A stretch of DNA of 64,000 nucleotides, from the NCBI GenBank assembly GCA_964016885.1, contig OZ024740.1:344844001-344908000 (forward strand). Reading direction: 5' to 3'. This document shows positions 14,022 through 28,557 of the stretch, piece by piece; position 1 is the stretch's first letter; each line of letters opens with the position of its first letter. The position numbers and the translations under genes are program-made. The DNA comes from Eledone cirrhosa (lineage: Eukaryota). The notes under the pieces are model-generated. The model worked only from the letters and a program-made list of their open reading frames with translations. It was not told the DNA's origin and searched no databases.

Positions 14022-16467
14022 GTATATATATATAGCTATATATATATATGCGTATGTGTGTGTGTGTGTGTGTGTACAGGGAGAGAGAAAGAAAAGGATA
14101 GTGAGAGAGAGAAACAGACAGATAGATAGATAGATGCGAACAAATACAAATATATATAGATGTGTGTGTATCTAATTCAGGCAGAGAAGAAACTCTGTAT
14201 GTGTTTCGGCCCATTTAACTGCGACTCCAGAGCAACTCCGGGCCACGCAATGATGTAAGTGACGGAATTCCTGAGCAACACCACAAACTTTGGTGATTAT
14301 GTTGTTATTCTGTCCATACCACATTTCAGAATGCTATAAAATTTTATGAGACTTGTCATGCTTCCAAGCAGCACGTCTCCATCCACGTTAGTGTCAAGTG
14401 CCTCATTCATCTTCTCGTTTGAGCCACATGTAGTAATTTGCTTCATCATCTTTCTCAGATAATGCCCGAAAATCTATTTCCTTTTAATTGTCGCCAGTCC
14501 AAGGCCACTGAGGAACGAGTCAACCATGTTCTTCAGCAAATTTTTGATTCCTATAGTGATAGAGAAACAGGATGCCTCCCATCTACAAATGTTAATCAGA
14601 TCTGTTCCTTCAGAAGGTAGATAAATTCCGCTCTTCCCGGAGTTTATCACTATATGCATTGCACAAATATGATTCTAGTCAGCTACTTCTCCTTCTTCAT
14701 CTCTTCTCAGAGGTGACGCATCCTGCTTTTGCTTCGTGGCAGATTTTTCTTACCATTTCCACTCAAGGTGGCAAACATTTCCTCGTTTGTGTGATAGCCC
14801 GTATCGGTACGTATCTGGAGCTCTTCTACTGACACTCTCTTCTTCATTTTGCCTTTTATCTTCTTTAGTGGTGCACGTGCAAATTCCTTGTAATTATATA
14901 TATGAATGACACAGTTATTAGTTATTAGCAATAAGATCATTATTAGCACTGTATGCTTAAGAAAAGAAGAGTAAAGTATAAGGGATTTCTGTAATGCGGT
15001 TAAAATTTTGCAGTTTCGATAGGAAATGAGAAATAAATATACCTGATACCATTTGGTTCATATCTATTTGTCTTCGTGTGCTGGCCCATGGCTTGAATGA
15101 CAGGTGGAGGAACACAAGCAGATAAATATTCTTTGATGAGAACGCTCATTAAGGAGAAAAAAAACACTAGGGTAGGTTGCTGATTAAAGGTTAAGAACAA
15201 ATACAGGGTGAGAATGTAATGAAAAGGAATTGGTTTGAGTACCTAGATAGTTATAGACGCATTTCATGTATAAGGAGTTGGTTTCAGCTGTTGTGATTTC
15301 CATCTCCTATTATCATAGGCAATAATGTAAGTTTTGTCGTTCCAGTTGAATGGTAATGTTGTACTCATTCCACTCCCTGGTCATTCAGTTTAATTACAGT
15401 GCGTTCAATCGGGATCTAGATTCTTGCCACGAAAAGAAATAAAGGTTTCTACAATTTGACATAAAATATAATCCTAAGAAAGAAATGCTGGACACTACAG
15501 CAGAAATATGGCGTTGAGGATGGAGTGCGGCTCCATTCACCGAGCTCCTCTCTCATGAATTCTAGAATTTTGCAGAACTATGTTATTTAGTCAACATTTA
15601 ACCACGTGCACCAAAATGTATTCAACACAAATCCATATAAATCTTCACAGTAATGGAAAATAGGGTTAATTTAATAGTCGAAATATTGTTACTGAATATC
15701 TATGCTCCTAGAAATTGAAACACAGCAGTGCACTTAGTGGTACTTTTTTCCAGTAAAAGAGATCTATCCAGTCGTTTATGCGTATTTCATGCATATCCTG
15801 TATCAGAGTTTCGCTCTAGTGTTGTCAAATTGGGCGGATTACACTACTTCTCTGAGCTGCAAACTATTGCCTTTTAATTTGGCCTATTTACACTTCAACA
15901 TTAGAAATTATCTACAGGCAAAACTGGTAACATGCATATATGTGTGGGTGTGGGTGTGTGTGTATGCGTGTGTGTATGTGTGTGAGTGTGTGTGTGTGTG
16001 TGTTTTTATATATAACAAATTATGCTGAGAATTTAAAATCTCAAAATTTGGAATCGTATCAATCCCGAACGCAGAAAGTAAATCTGATTACAGTCGATCA
16101 CTATAGATTATAACTGAGAACATTGGGCAAATTGTCCCTAGAAATAGAATAAAAAGGCGAGAGGCATCTCCAAGGTAGTTTTACGATATAGGGTGATTGT
16201 CTATCTTAAGATGCTATATTATGCAGCTGGTAGGTACAGCATTGGTAAAAATAAGAAAAGTTATAGGCTTTCCAGGTACTGGGTAATTTATCCCATTTTC
16301 ACAGCTAATATCTATAGGGGACGACTGCTTTTACCGCTATTTTGTGCGTTTGAGTTTCTCACATTTCCATCTACACAGACACACAAACACACACACAAAC
16401 GCACACACACACGCACATTCATCCGCACACATACACACACACACATTTATATGTGTATATATATATA

Positions 16468-16522
<55 letters not shown>

Positions 16523-16557
16523 AGTATGTATCTATTATATATATACGTACACACACA

Positions 16558-16630
<73 letters not shown>

Positions 16631-17773
16631 TATTTATATATTTATTTATACATATATATATATTATATATGAAAAAAATATGCATATATAAATATGTATA
16701 TTCATACATACATGCATACATACATACACGCATACATATATACATATTTATATGTTTGTATGTACGTATTATACGCATATATGAGTCTTTGTGTGAGTGT
16801 TTCCACCTTCGTTTCTTCGTAAGGGAATGTTCGTGGTATGTGTGTGAGATAGTGTCATTGAAAGATAGAATTGAAAGATGCCTGTGGATATAAAGATATG
16901 CAAATACGACTATCATCTCACGTAGTAAACACCGAGGAAAAAAACAATCACATAATTATAAAAATAAAAACAATAACATAAAATAAAAGAATGGAATTCT
17001 TCCATAGTTTGTTGGAAAGAAATAGTTTTAAAAGAATAGTAAATAAATGGAGAGCGATATACTGAAAATGATGAATCTATAAATTTTTCTACTTTTTCGG
17101 ATATCAGTGTTGGCTTACTACTGCGGCAGTAATTTTGGCTTAAATTTAAGAATTCGTTTTTATTTTTTATTGCCATTGAACATAAACATATTTTAAAGAA
17201 ATTTGCCCGTTGATGGTAAAGGAATCTAAAAACGCATTGTGATAAGCGATACAAACAATAGAAGACATGGCATTGCTAATCGGATGCGCCATACAATGTT
17301 CAGTTCATGTCATAAATACGACTGATAAATTCAACATATGGAAATCCCCTTAAACTAGGTAACTTGAAGACAGATCTCCTTGCAGATAATTTTCTCCTGG
17401 CTCTGTTATGAGGATAGAGATTCAAAAGCGAAAGTTAAAATAAGATGAGCTAAAAAAAAGCCATTCGAATAAAGGTAACGAAAGAAAGGGAAAAGGAAAG
17501 AAAGTGAATTCTGTCTGACACACGATAAGTATTGCTGTAAGAAATACGAGCTTTTACGGACTCGAGCTGAATGTTAATGGTGGAAAGTACGTTATATATA
17601 AACCCTGACGACCGCGTATACAGAAATATAGGCATATATAAAAGACGATAATAGCCAATGAATGTCAAGTTGAAGTTAAAATAGCAGAATTTTTACGCTC
17701 ACACGTATATAAACAGCAAATCAAACACACACAGACACAGATACACACACACACACACACACACACACAGCCA

Positions 17774-17812
<39 letters not shown>

Positions 17813-17815
17813 CCA

Positions 17816-17853
<38 letters not shown>

Positions 17854-18002
17854 TATATATACATATGGATTTTATGTGAGTCCCCGGTTCAAGCTGGAGT
17901 AACCAAAGTAAGTAAGGTACTCAATACATTGCTAGAGTGTATAAAAAATACTTAATATAGAAGTGGCTCCTACAGGACTCGGAATGTTTCATTCGAAAGA
18001 AA

Positions 18003-18053
18003 GCTTCTCCTGATGATTTCTTTCTAATGAAATAGTTCTAGTCCTGTAGAAGC
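18003..18053 (+). ncRNA. Hammerhead ribozyme (family B), partly degenerate
   Basis: GCTTC(tc)-CTGATGA-tttctttctaat-GAAA-TAGttctagtcCTG-TA-GAAGC. Confidence 0.6.
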
Positions 18054-18070
18054 CATTTCTATATTAAATT

Positions 18071-18108
<38 letters not shown>

Positions 18109-18156
18109 AATTTAATATAGAAATGTCTTCTACAGGACTAGAACTATTTCTGAACT

Positions 18157-18205
18157 GCTTCCTGAAGATTTCATCTGAATGAAACAGTACTAGTCCTGTA
18201 GAAGC
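18157..18205 (+). ncRNA. Type I hammerhead ribozyme (family B)
   Basis: GCTTC-CTGAAGA-T-TTCAtcTGAA-T-GAAA-CAGtactagtcCTG-TA-GAAGC. Confidence 0.8.
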
Positions 18206-18227
18206 TCCTTCTATAAAATAAAATAAA

Positions 18228-18293
<66 letters not shown>

Positions 18294-19607
18294 GTTGTTA
18301 CCTTTGCTGATGATCTTGTTGCCAGTATTGCCAATAAAAGTGCCACATGCACCATATGATTTTAACTTTTTCACTTCATATTTATTACCAGTTATATGTT
18401 AGTTCATCAAAGTTATTTCGTCATTCATTCTGTGACCACCTCAATGACTATCTGCTTTCTTTCTTGCTTTCTCATCTTTCTAGTCCTAATTTGTTCCTCC
18501 ATCTTGTATGTTTTCGTGGTGCCCTTTTCAGGATTCCTGTCTTTGCATGTGTTTGCCTCTATGTGTGTGTGTGTGTGGGGGGGGGGGGGGGTGAGTGTGT
18601 GTTTATGTGTGTGCGTATGTGTGTGTGTGTGTGTGTGTGTGAGTGTGTGTCGGTTTGTATCTTTCACAGTTTGCGTTCTTCTTATTCTGTCTGAAGTCGT
18701 TAGGTTGCTGTCTGTTTCTACCCCACTCCTGTTTTCTGTTAAGGCTAGGCCTATCTTATAATATGTGTGTGACCTCTATAATTTGTGTGTGAGTTGCGTC
18801 AGTTAGGTGTGTGGATAGGATTTCTATGTTATATATTGAGCCCCCTTGTTGCAGTTTAGTGTGTTGGTGTAGTACTATTCTGCTTTTATCCTCCTTAAGT
18901 TATCTTCAGTTTTCCTTTATTCTCTCTTGTATGATATAGGCATATGTCTCTCTTATGTATGTCGTTGTTTAGTTTCTGGAATCCCTCTATACATCTTATC
19001 CTACAGACTAAAATTTTGGTTTTGCAGTTTTGTTGCCACTTTACCTTACAAACTATACAGTTTCGAAACGTACAAAGGAGATTTCCTAAAGTGTTATGGA
19101 CCTACTGATCCATAATCTTATGGCAGCTCCCGGATTTTCTACTAATCTAATCCTGGAGTTCATTTTGCATAATGCTCTCTAAAACGATACTCCGGTTCGC
19201 CTCTAGGCCTAGCATCGACACACTGGTAACTTTGTCTATCATACCATGAATTGTCCTTTGATCTTAGCTGAAAACGACAATAGTGAGCTTAATGTGCGCT
19301 TATTATGTATGCTTATATATTCATACACTTCTATTATGTATCACGCTATATTAATGCTACTGATAATTAATCCCAATCGCCCAAGGTAACACTGCATTCA
19401 AATGAGTATCTCCAGCATATACATCATACTCAAAAACCTATATATGCTTTAGCTTATTCTTGTCTCCGAGTTATCAAACCTTACTGATGACCGATGAAAG
19501 CCCAGAAACTAATGTCTGGCGTTTTCACATGTCTAAGGCAATAGCTGTGACATTATCCCGGCTTAAAACATTCATAATGAGGCTCGTATATGATTATTAT
19601 ATTATAC

Positions 19608-19787
19608 ATTGGCAGTATCGGTAGAGGGTCTGACGCCATACTTTCCAGCATAGTTAGGTCCCTTTACGATCTGAGTTCAAATCCCTCCGAGGTTGACTTT
19701 GCCTTTCATCCTTACGGGGTCGATAAAATAAAGTACCAGTAATGAACTGGGTAATTGCTGGCCTTGTGCCTAAAGTAGAAACAATTA
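19608..19787 (+). mobile_element. tRNA-derived SINE (main family in this window)
   Basis: TGGCAGTATCGGTAGAG A-box, GAGTTCAAATCC B-box, and CCTTTCATCCTTACGGGGTCGATAAAATAAAGTACCAG body shared with other copies. Confidence 0.9.
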
Positions 19788-19790
19788 TAT

Positions 19791-19849
19791 TAAGAAGGCC
19801 TATATGGAATGGTTATATTATACATAACCATTCCATATAGGCCTTCTTA
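19791..19849. repeat. Perfect hairpin with about 25-bp arms
   Basis: TAAGAAGGCCTATATGGAATGGTTAT paired with ATAACCATTCCATATAGGCCTTCTTA. Confidence 0.85.
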
Positions 19850-19935
19850 TGCACTTCTAATATATATACACACACATACCTATATATATAGTGACGAAAC
19901 ATAAGTCAATTGCATGAACTCATAATCCTTTATTT

Positions 19936-19991
19936 ACTGCTATATATATTTCGATGATAGCCATTGAGTGGCTATCACCTCATCAGGCGGT
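19936..19991 (-). ncRNA. Type I hammerhead ribozyme (family C) in a short insert within (TA)n
   Basis: ACCGC-CTGATGA-GGTGATAGCCActcaaTGGCTATCATC-GAAA-TATATA-TA-GCAGT: 11-bp stem II, one stem I mismatch, AATAAA downstream. Confidence 0.8.
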
Positions 19992-20072
19992 TAGTCAGTT
20001 CTTAGATATGCCAGCTCTGTGTTTATGGTGTTGATTGTATCAGAGCCTTGGGACATATATATATATGTGGAC

Positions 20073-20144
<72 letters not shown>

Positions 20145-20380
20145 AACGAGTAGGACCCCTATTACCCACTCTACTACACTAAGTATTGAGTACTTTGGTG
20201 CGTTATGGTCCACCTGGTTCCTTACCACATTTCCTTCGTTGTATTTATATATATATATATATATATAATTCAGGTAGTAATAAGGTAGTAATAAATTACT
20301 GACTTTCACTGTCTAGGGTTTAAAATATATATAACTATAAAAAGTTTTAGTATATACATAACCATAAATAGTATCCTTAA

Positions 20381-20414
<34 letters not shown>

Positions 20415-20794
20415 GTATGTATATCCATATATACATGTATACATGCACATGTGTGTGTGCGTGCGTGTGGGGGCGCTTGTGTTTGTGGAGAAATTTAACT
20501 AGCCTTCTGGCAAACACTGTATAACAGCATTTTTCGGAGTTTATAAAAAAATATTTTGTGCAGTCTTTCGATCCGTAAATACACTGTTAAATAAGAGCAC
20601 AGAGCTGCAAAAATATGACATTTATATATTTTTTATGGCACATATGAAAGAGAACAGCTGGATATAACAATTGCAAACAGAACAGGAAAAAATTATGCTG
20701 TCTTTGTGCTATATTACTTAAAAAAAGAAACGCACACACACCACACACACACACACGTCTATATACATATCTTTATATATATATATATATATAT

Positions 20795-20980
<186 letters not shown>

Positions 20981-21235
20981 TCGATTTTTTAGAACTGCAA
21001 ACAATACGAATAACAGTGACACCTGATATGCGACACAGCAGAATGGATGAAAGACGAACATATATACAAAGAGACCGAAGCATAGTCGGACAATGATAGA
21101 AGGCTATAGACAGTGAGGAAAAGAATGTTACGGGTAAAACACAAATCATATCCAGAAATACACGTATATATATACATGACAAGTTCTAGATATAAAACAC
21201 AAATGTGTGAAGGTAGAATACCATATATATTATAT

Positions 21236-21299
<64 letters not shown>

Positions 21300-21384
21300 T
21301 TATTTATTTGAATGATGGCAAAATAAATAAAAATAATAAAAGTACCTAGATGTACGTAAAAATACGGCTGTTAAAATACAACAA

Positions 21385-21385
21385 C

Positions 21386-21452
<67 letters not shown>

Positions 21453-21510
21453 TGATGATGTTGATGTTGATGATGATGATGATGATAAAGCATTATTAAT
21501 ATTATTACTA

Positions 21511-21541
<31 letters not shown>

Positions 21542-21555
21542 TATTATTATTATTG
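21385..21555. repeat. Compound (AAT)n-(GAT)n-(ATT)n microsatellite
   Basis: Directly visible trinucleotide runs. Confidence 0.95.
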
Positions 21556-22427
21556 AAGAGATCACTATTACATGAACATTTCTATACGAATGCATTGATC
21601 TTTGTGTAAGGTTTGTGAAAGTTGCAAAGACACAATGGCATTCCCATGAAAACGTCTATGTGGGGGTAAAGGTTGGGTGGAAATATAAACATGCACATAT
21701 TGACACAAATGCATGTTACCATACATATATATTTGCATACACACACACACATTCATACACACATAGATACATCTATACATATATGCATACATACATACAT
21801 ACATACACACATACATGCATACATACATATATGCATATGTAAAAACATTCATACATATATACATACAAATATGCATACATACGTTCATACATACATATAT
21901 ACGTATTTTAGAGTCTATTCATGGGGTTTGCAATGACTACAATCTCAAACATTAATGTCACAACTAAGTTATCAACTTTGTTAAATAATTCTTTATTCTT
22001 CTAGTCACATCATTCAGAAAATATTTGATTCAAAATCGTAGGAATATGCGGTTCTATCTTGAAATCACTCTGCATCTATTCGCTACAAATAATATGCATA
22101 GACAACATAGCATCGCGGACACTGGAGAAGAAAAGAAGAAAAACCATATTGAAAATGTAAGCAGAATCTCATTATTTGCAATTGTAGAGGACATCAAATC
22201 GGTAAAGTTCATTTTTTTTTCTTCGAAGTATCAACTCAATAATGTATTATCTGAAGACAACAAAACATCTCTTACAATTATATTCTACTAAGCTAACTGT
22301 GAAAATATGTTAGCATACAAACACACGTACAATTCACATACAGACACTCATACGCACACATATATATATATATATACGCACACATACATATACATACGCA
22401 CACATACATATATATACGCACACATAC

Positions 22428-22466
<39 letters not shown>

Positions 22467-22684
22467 CTCCATGTACCGATTGTGTTGTTATTTCTGTTTA
22501 CCTTTTACACACTCACACACACACACATGTATATATATATAAAACAAAGAACAAAGAAAGTGTAGTAAGATACTAGATTGATCATAACGCACCAGAGTAC
22601 TCAATACTTAGTATAGTAGATTGGGTAATAGGAATCAGGACCCCGACAGCCGGATCTCAGCCGTCGGAGTCCTGATTCGTTTCC

Positions 22685-23678
<994 letters not shown>

Positions 23679-23775
23679 TATGTGTATATATATATATATA
23701 TATAAAGAAAAAGAGATGAAATCGAAAATGCAAATGGAGTCTTATTTTTTTTAAAATATATATATTTATTTGGTT

Positions 23776-23813
23776 CCTTTACCGGTTTCGCAGTTCTTCT
23801 GCTTTTCAAAAGG
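23776..23813 (-). ncRNA. Minimal hammerhead ribozyme with U3-A8 core variant (family D)
   Basis: CCTT-TTGAAAA-GCAGaagaaCTGC-GAAA-CCGG-TA-AAGG. Confidence 0.75.
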
Positions 23814-24313
23814 TGAGTTGAGATGGAGGGTCTGTGGTTTTTCTCACATCTGGTTGGTCACTTCAATAGAAAATCTGAACTCTGACACCCCAGCGAACTA
23901 ACCATATTCACTGAACCAGAACAATCCCTTTTCTCTTGACCACTATCTGTCCATTGTCATAACATTCGCTATAAAGACTACAGAATAGTTTTCCAAATAA
24001 GGGCGCAAAAATGTAATGAAAACTTGTTCACGTGACAGCCAAATTTCATTTGTAACCAATCAAATCACGTTTATTAAAAAAAAGCCTTCGTGAGCCACCT
24101 TTTTCTAAAGTAAAGAAATTCAAACACACACACACACATACACACACGTGCGCGCACACACACAAGCACACAAATGAACACACATATCTTTACTTTCTTT
24201 ATTCAATAGAAAATCTGAATTCTGACACCCCAGCGAACTAACCATATTCACTGAGCCAGAACAATTCTCCCATCCCTTTCTCTTGACCATTATCTTTTTA
24301 TCAAAAAGATAAT

Positions 24314-24500
24314 GGTCAGTGGATTGGCAGTATCGGTAGAGGGTCGGACGCCATGCTTTGACGCATAGAGTTACGGCCCTTGCCATTCTGAGTTCAAATC
24401 CCGCCGAGGTTAACTTTGCCTTTCATCCTTATGGGGTCGATAAAATAAAGTACCAGTAATACACTGGGTAATTGCTGGCCTTGTGCCAAAAGTAGAAACA
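24314..24500 (+). mobile_element. tRNA-derived SINE with 19-bp target-site duplication
   Basis: Same family as 19608. ATTATCTTTTTATCAAAAA at 24289-24307 and 24501-24519. Confidence 0.92.
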
Positions 24501-24887
24501 ATTATCTTTTTATCAAAAAATTCTCTAAAAAGGCTAGAGAATGGATTTCCAAATAAGGGCACAAAAATTTAATGAAAATTTGTTCACGTGACAGCCATAA
24601 TTTCATTTATAACCAACCAAAAAAAAGCCTTCGTGAGCCTCCTTTTTTCAAGTAAAAAGAAATTCAAACACTCATATATGAAAAAAGAACCTGTGACAAC
24701 CCGCCCCCTCTTATTTGAAGAACTATTGTAACGCGAACTGGCGCGAAATTTATTATAATTATTGACAAACCAATCAAATTACTTCTCGAAAAACCTGGCA
24801 TTTCGAGCCACATTTTCCATATAAAACAAGTAACATTCAGAGACCAACCAGATGTGAGAAAAACCACAGACCCTCCATCTAAACTCA

Positions 24888-24925
24888 CCCTTTGAAAAGC
24901 AGAAGAACTGCGAAACCGGTAAAGG
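24888..24925 (+). ncRNA. Hammerhead ribozyme, U3-A8 variant (family D, second copy)
   Basis: CCCT-TTGAAAA-GCAGaagaaCTGC-GAAA-CCGG-TA-AAGG, one stem I mismatch. Confidence 0.7.
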
Positions 24926-25071
24926 AAGCAAATAAATATATATATTTAAAAAAAAAAATAAGACTCCAGTTGCATTTTCGATTTCATCTCTTTTTCTTTA
25001 TAGTTTCACTCGTGTAGGACACCTCGGTTATTTTTCATTTTGTAAAAAAAACGTCACTTTCTAATATATAT

Positions 25072-25105
<34 letters not shown>

Positions 25106-25196
25106 TTATAACAAAGGAAATGTGGTAAGGAACCAGATGGACCATAACGCACCAGAGTACTCAATACTAGTAGAGTGGGAAATAGGAAAAAGTATG

Positions 25197-25292
25197 ACCC
25201 CGACGGCAGAGCTCTACCCGTGTCGACGGCTATTTCTCGACTAAATTAGAATTTTTAGCCTGTGAATAAATAGCCGAGCTTGTCAAGGGGGT
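25197..25292 (-). ncRNA. Hammerhead ribozyme, U3-A8 variant with long stem II (family E)
   Basis: CCCC-TTGACAA-GCTCGGCTATTT...AAATAGCCGTC-GACA-CGG...CCG-TC-GGGG. Partial sister copies at about 25505-25560 and 54560-54600 have GAAA. Confidence 0.6.
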
Positions 25293-25556
25293 ACTTCCTT
25301 ATATGGGAAGATTGTAGTTGTCAAGAGGATTGGTTAAAATTTGTTGTAAACACAAATAAGTCTATCATGGCATTCGGTGGGAGGTAGGGGTGGCTGAACT
25401 TGCCTGTAGAACAAGAGGGGAGTGAGTGGAGCGGTCAAGCGTTGAAAGTGATATGTATACAGTCTTCCCATATAAGGAAGTATATATATAGGTAAAAGTA
25501 TGACCCCAACGGCACAGCTGAAGCCGTTTCGACGGCTATTTCTGGACTAAATTAGA

Positions 25557-25660
<104 letters not shown>

Positions 25661-25663
25661 ACG

Positions 25664-25723
<60 letters not shown>

Positions 25724-26423
25724 TATTGAAGTTTGCTTGAAGCATTGTGGAATAATAAGGTAAATTTCTTTAAGTCGTTTGGAAGCCTCGACAATGCAGA
25801 GGGGGAAATCTCCGGGTAACAAGATCCGGTGGTGGAGAGAGAGATGTAAGTGGGTGTACGTTGAGATGCGTGGCGTGTAGAAGACTGTAGCGTGTAGAAG
25901 AATGTAGGAAAGAGCGTAAAGGATAAAAATAAAAATAACAACACGATATAGAGTTACCTTGGGAGAGATTTAATTGTCTCTATATATTTCAGACTCACAT
26001 CCATCAACTGGGTTTTTTTTCCGGAGGGAGGGGGGTTGTCTATCAGAAAGGTGCGAAACGTGTCCTCAACTGCTCGTTGTTTTGAATACCTGAGGTATTC
26101 AGCAGAGCGCGCGTGCGCGTGAAATGGGGTCTGTCAAGCAAAGGTCAGCGGCCGAAGTAGTTCTTTCAATTGTGGGAGTGGGGTGGCGTTAGCTGTCAGT
26201 CCATAGTATTCTCTGCCTGTTTGGTGAATGTTACTGTGTGTGTGTGTGCGTGTGTTGTTGTCTCGCTTGAGTGTGTGTGTGTGTGCGTGTGTTGTTACCT
26301 TGTTCCTCTGTATTGGCAGTGTAGTATGTTCGTATGGTGGAATGCTACTGTGTGTGTGTGTGCGTGTGTTGCTGTATCGCTTGTGTGTGTGTGTGTGCGT
26401 GTGTTGCTGCATCGTTTGTTAAC

Positions 26424-26764
26424 TTAAACCAACCATCTCATTTCGCCTCTCTCGGATCGGTTGTTTAATTGTGGCATTAGGCGTTTGATCCAAAGTGCTT
26501 CCTTGATACGTAATGTGCCAACGTTTCTTTCTGTCGCTAGAATTGTGACAATGGGCCTTCCGTCGTTGTTTCCGCATTTGGCTATGTGTTTCCGGAAAAA
26601 CGAGGCGCTGGTGTTAGTGTGCTCCTTGATCCGGGTGTGCAACGGCCGGATTGGGCTACCTATATAGTATTGGTTGCACTTGTTACATTCTATCTTATAC
26701 ACGACGTATGTGCATACGCAACAGTTCGCATGGCGCGTAGGGCAGTCTCTGAGGGAGCACCCGT
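26424..26764 (-). pseudogene. GIY-YIG endonuclease domain from the 3' end of a Penelope-like element
   Basis: VVYKIECNKCNQYYIGSPIRPLHTRIKEH...RIKEALWIKRLMPQLN. 5'-truncated at a microsatellite. Confidence 0.9.
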
Positions 26765-26765
26765 C

Positions 26766-26910
<145 letters not shown>

Positions 26911-27089
26911 TGCGTTTGTGTGTAGCTTACTTGAAGCATTGCATATGTTATAAAGAATTCGGTTTTTCTTTGGTGAAAACATGTTCAACGAAAGGAATGA
27001 TAGATGGTTATGTATATACCCTAAAGACGGTTCAACGTCGTGCACACAAACTTTCGGAGAAATGTGATGCTTTTGGGTATCGTAAGCAT

Positions 27090-27250
27090 CTCTAGCATAT
27101 ACATCATTCACAAAACCCTATGTATGCGATAGTTTATTCTTGTCTCTGTACCGACTGATTAAACCATACCGATGACTGATGAAAGTCCAAACACTAGTGT
27201 CTGGCATTTTCACGTGTCAAAGGCAATGGGTTTCGATTCTCATCCAGCTC
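27090..27250 (+). repeat. Dispersed repeat shared with about 19405-19565, containing a degenerate HHR-like motif
   Basis: AGCATATACATCAT...CAAAA.CCTAT... is shared. CTGATGAaagtccAAA-CACTAGTG-TC lacks G12 and a good stem I. Confidence 0.6.
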
Positions 27251-28515
27251 TGTTTTCTTTGAATGGCCACCGATTCGTGATAGATACCGTGTCTGAGAAA
27301 AGCATCAATACAGTTGTTCTGCGCAAGAGGCTACAAACATGATACGAAGGGCCACATGCCCTCTTCAGAGTTTCGTAGAATCGTCTTCATTGAGGCTTTT
27401 TTTTTTTTTGCAAAGTTGTCCGGCTACTCATTCTGAATTTCTAGAAACCAGCGGCAGTTTGCTGCAAATAAGGAGGAAGGATTAGCATCTAACATTTGAC
27501 TGATGTACTGATTGTTTTTCGGTTAGAAGTTTCTGAATTCCCTGACACTTTTCACAGAACGTCAGTGTGGTCGTTTTCACATATTCTCAAGACACCTCAG
27601 GAGAGTAATTCCTGGACTAGCTGGAATCTTAAAATCCTAACTTAACATTTGCCTGGAAGTCAGCCATCATCTTAGCAGACTGGGGAAAGCCAACACGAGA
27701 TGTTTGCTTGTGGGTACCTTTTCTCATTTTCGTGAGCTCGAAATGGTATCTGAGCTGGCAACAGGCAGGACATTCGACACTTGAAAAGTTTCTGGTATAC
27801 ATATCATCTTGCTGCACCAAGACGTAGTTACTATTTGCGCTTGCGATTGCGAGGTTTTTTATAGCTACGATAATCAGAAATAATTATTTTTCCACACTTA
27901 GCCGGTTATGCTAGCGTTGTACATCTCACAAGAATTAAGCATCTGCTTTCATATTTTAGATGACGATGCCTCTTTTATTTAAATACGCAAAGAAATATGT
28001 GATGTTTCACATTTCCGAACAAATATGTAACTGAATGTTTTAAAGGACCATTTGTCATGTATCAGCTATTTTACTAAAAAAGAATGTTTTTCTGTATTCA
28101 ACATACATGTAATTTTCACTAAATCTAGAATGACCTGTCAAATTTTAACTCCTATCAAAATCCAAACAATTTTTCTGTTTTCTAGTTCATTCACTACTTC
28201 TCAAATATTTCTTGCTCCCAAAACGTTGATGTATCTCTAGTTATATAGAATTTTCATTGAACGATTTTTTATGCTCATTTATTGCTAAAATCAGAAAAGT
28301 TTCTGATAAAACTGTTGCACGCAAAAATATGTAAACAGAAGAATATACTAAAATTGTAAATTAACTAAATAGATTAAAGACCATGTTAACACGTTTACAA
28401 AGTTATATAGATAATTTATAAAGGTATAGACTTATATACTCAATTTACTTTAACCTACTTAGTTAATTTAGTATTGTAGTATAATTTTATTTTCACACAC
28501 ACACACACACATTTA

Positions 28516-28557
<42 letters not shown>

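Larger units (their letters stand above)
17880..18225. mobile_element. HHR-bearing fold-back repeat family B (two adjacent hairpin units)
   Basis: CTACAGGACT...TTTC and GAAA...AGTCCTGTAG inverted pairs occur twice. Same family at 34631-34673 and 58285-58638. Confidence 0.8.
23703..25050 (+). mobile_element. Non-coding PLE terminal-repeat element (family D) with an inverted 5' copy, internal direct duplication and nested SINE
   Basis: 23703-23860 is the reverse complement of about 24840-25000. 23864-24120 is duplicated at 24203-24665. The 3' end resembles that of the PLE ending near 47985. Confidence 0.75.

Noticed and set aside
14210-14880. GC-richer block that may be a transposase or exon remnant
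   Set aside because: Stops occur in the frames examined and I recognise no motif with confidence.
19608-19700. SINE heads as tRNA genes
   Set aside because: No complete cloverleaf, and they continue into a shared SINE body, with target-site duplications in some copies.
25970-26055. HHR downstream of the GIY-YIG fragment on the - strand
   Set aside because: CTGATA lacks G8 and stem I is mostly wobble pairs, so it is too degenerate to call.
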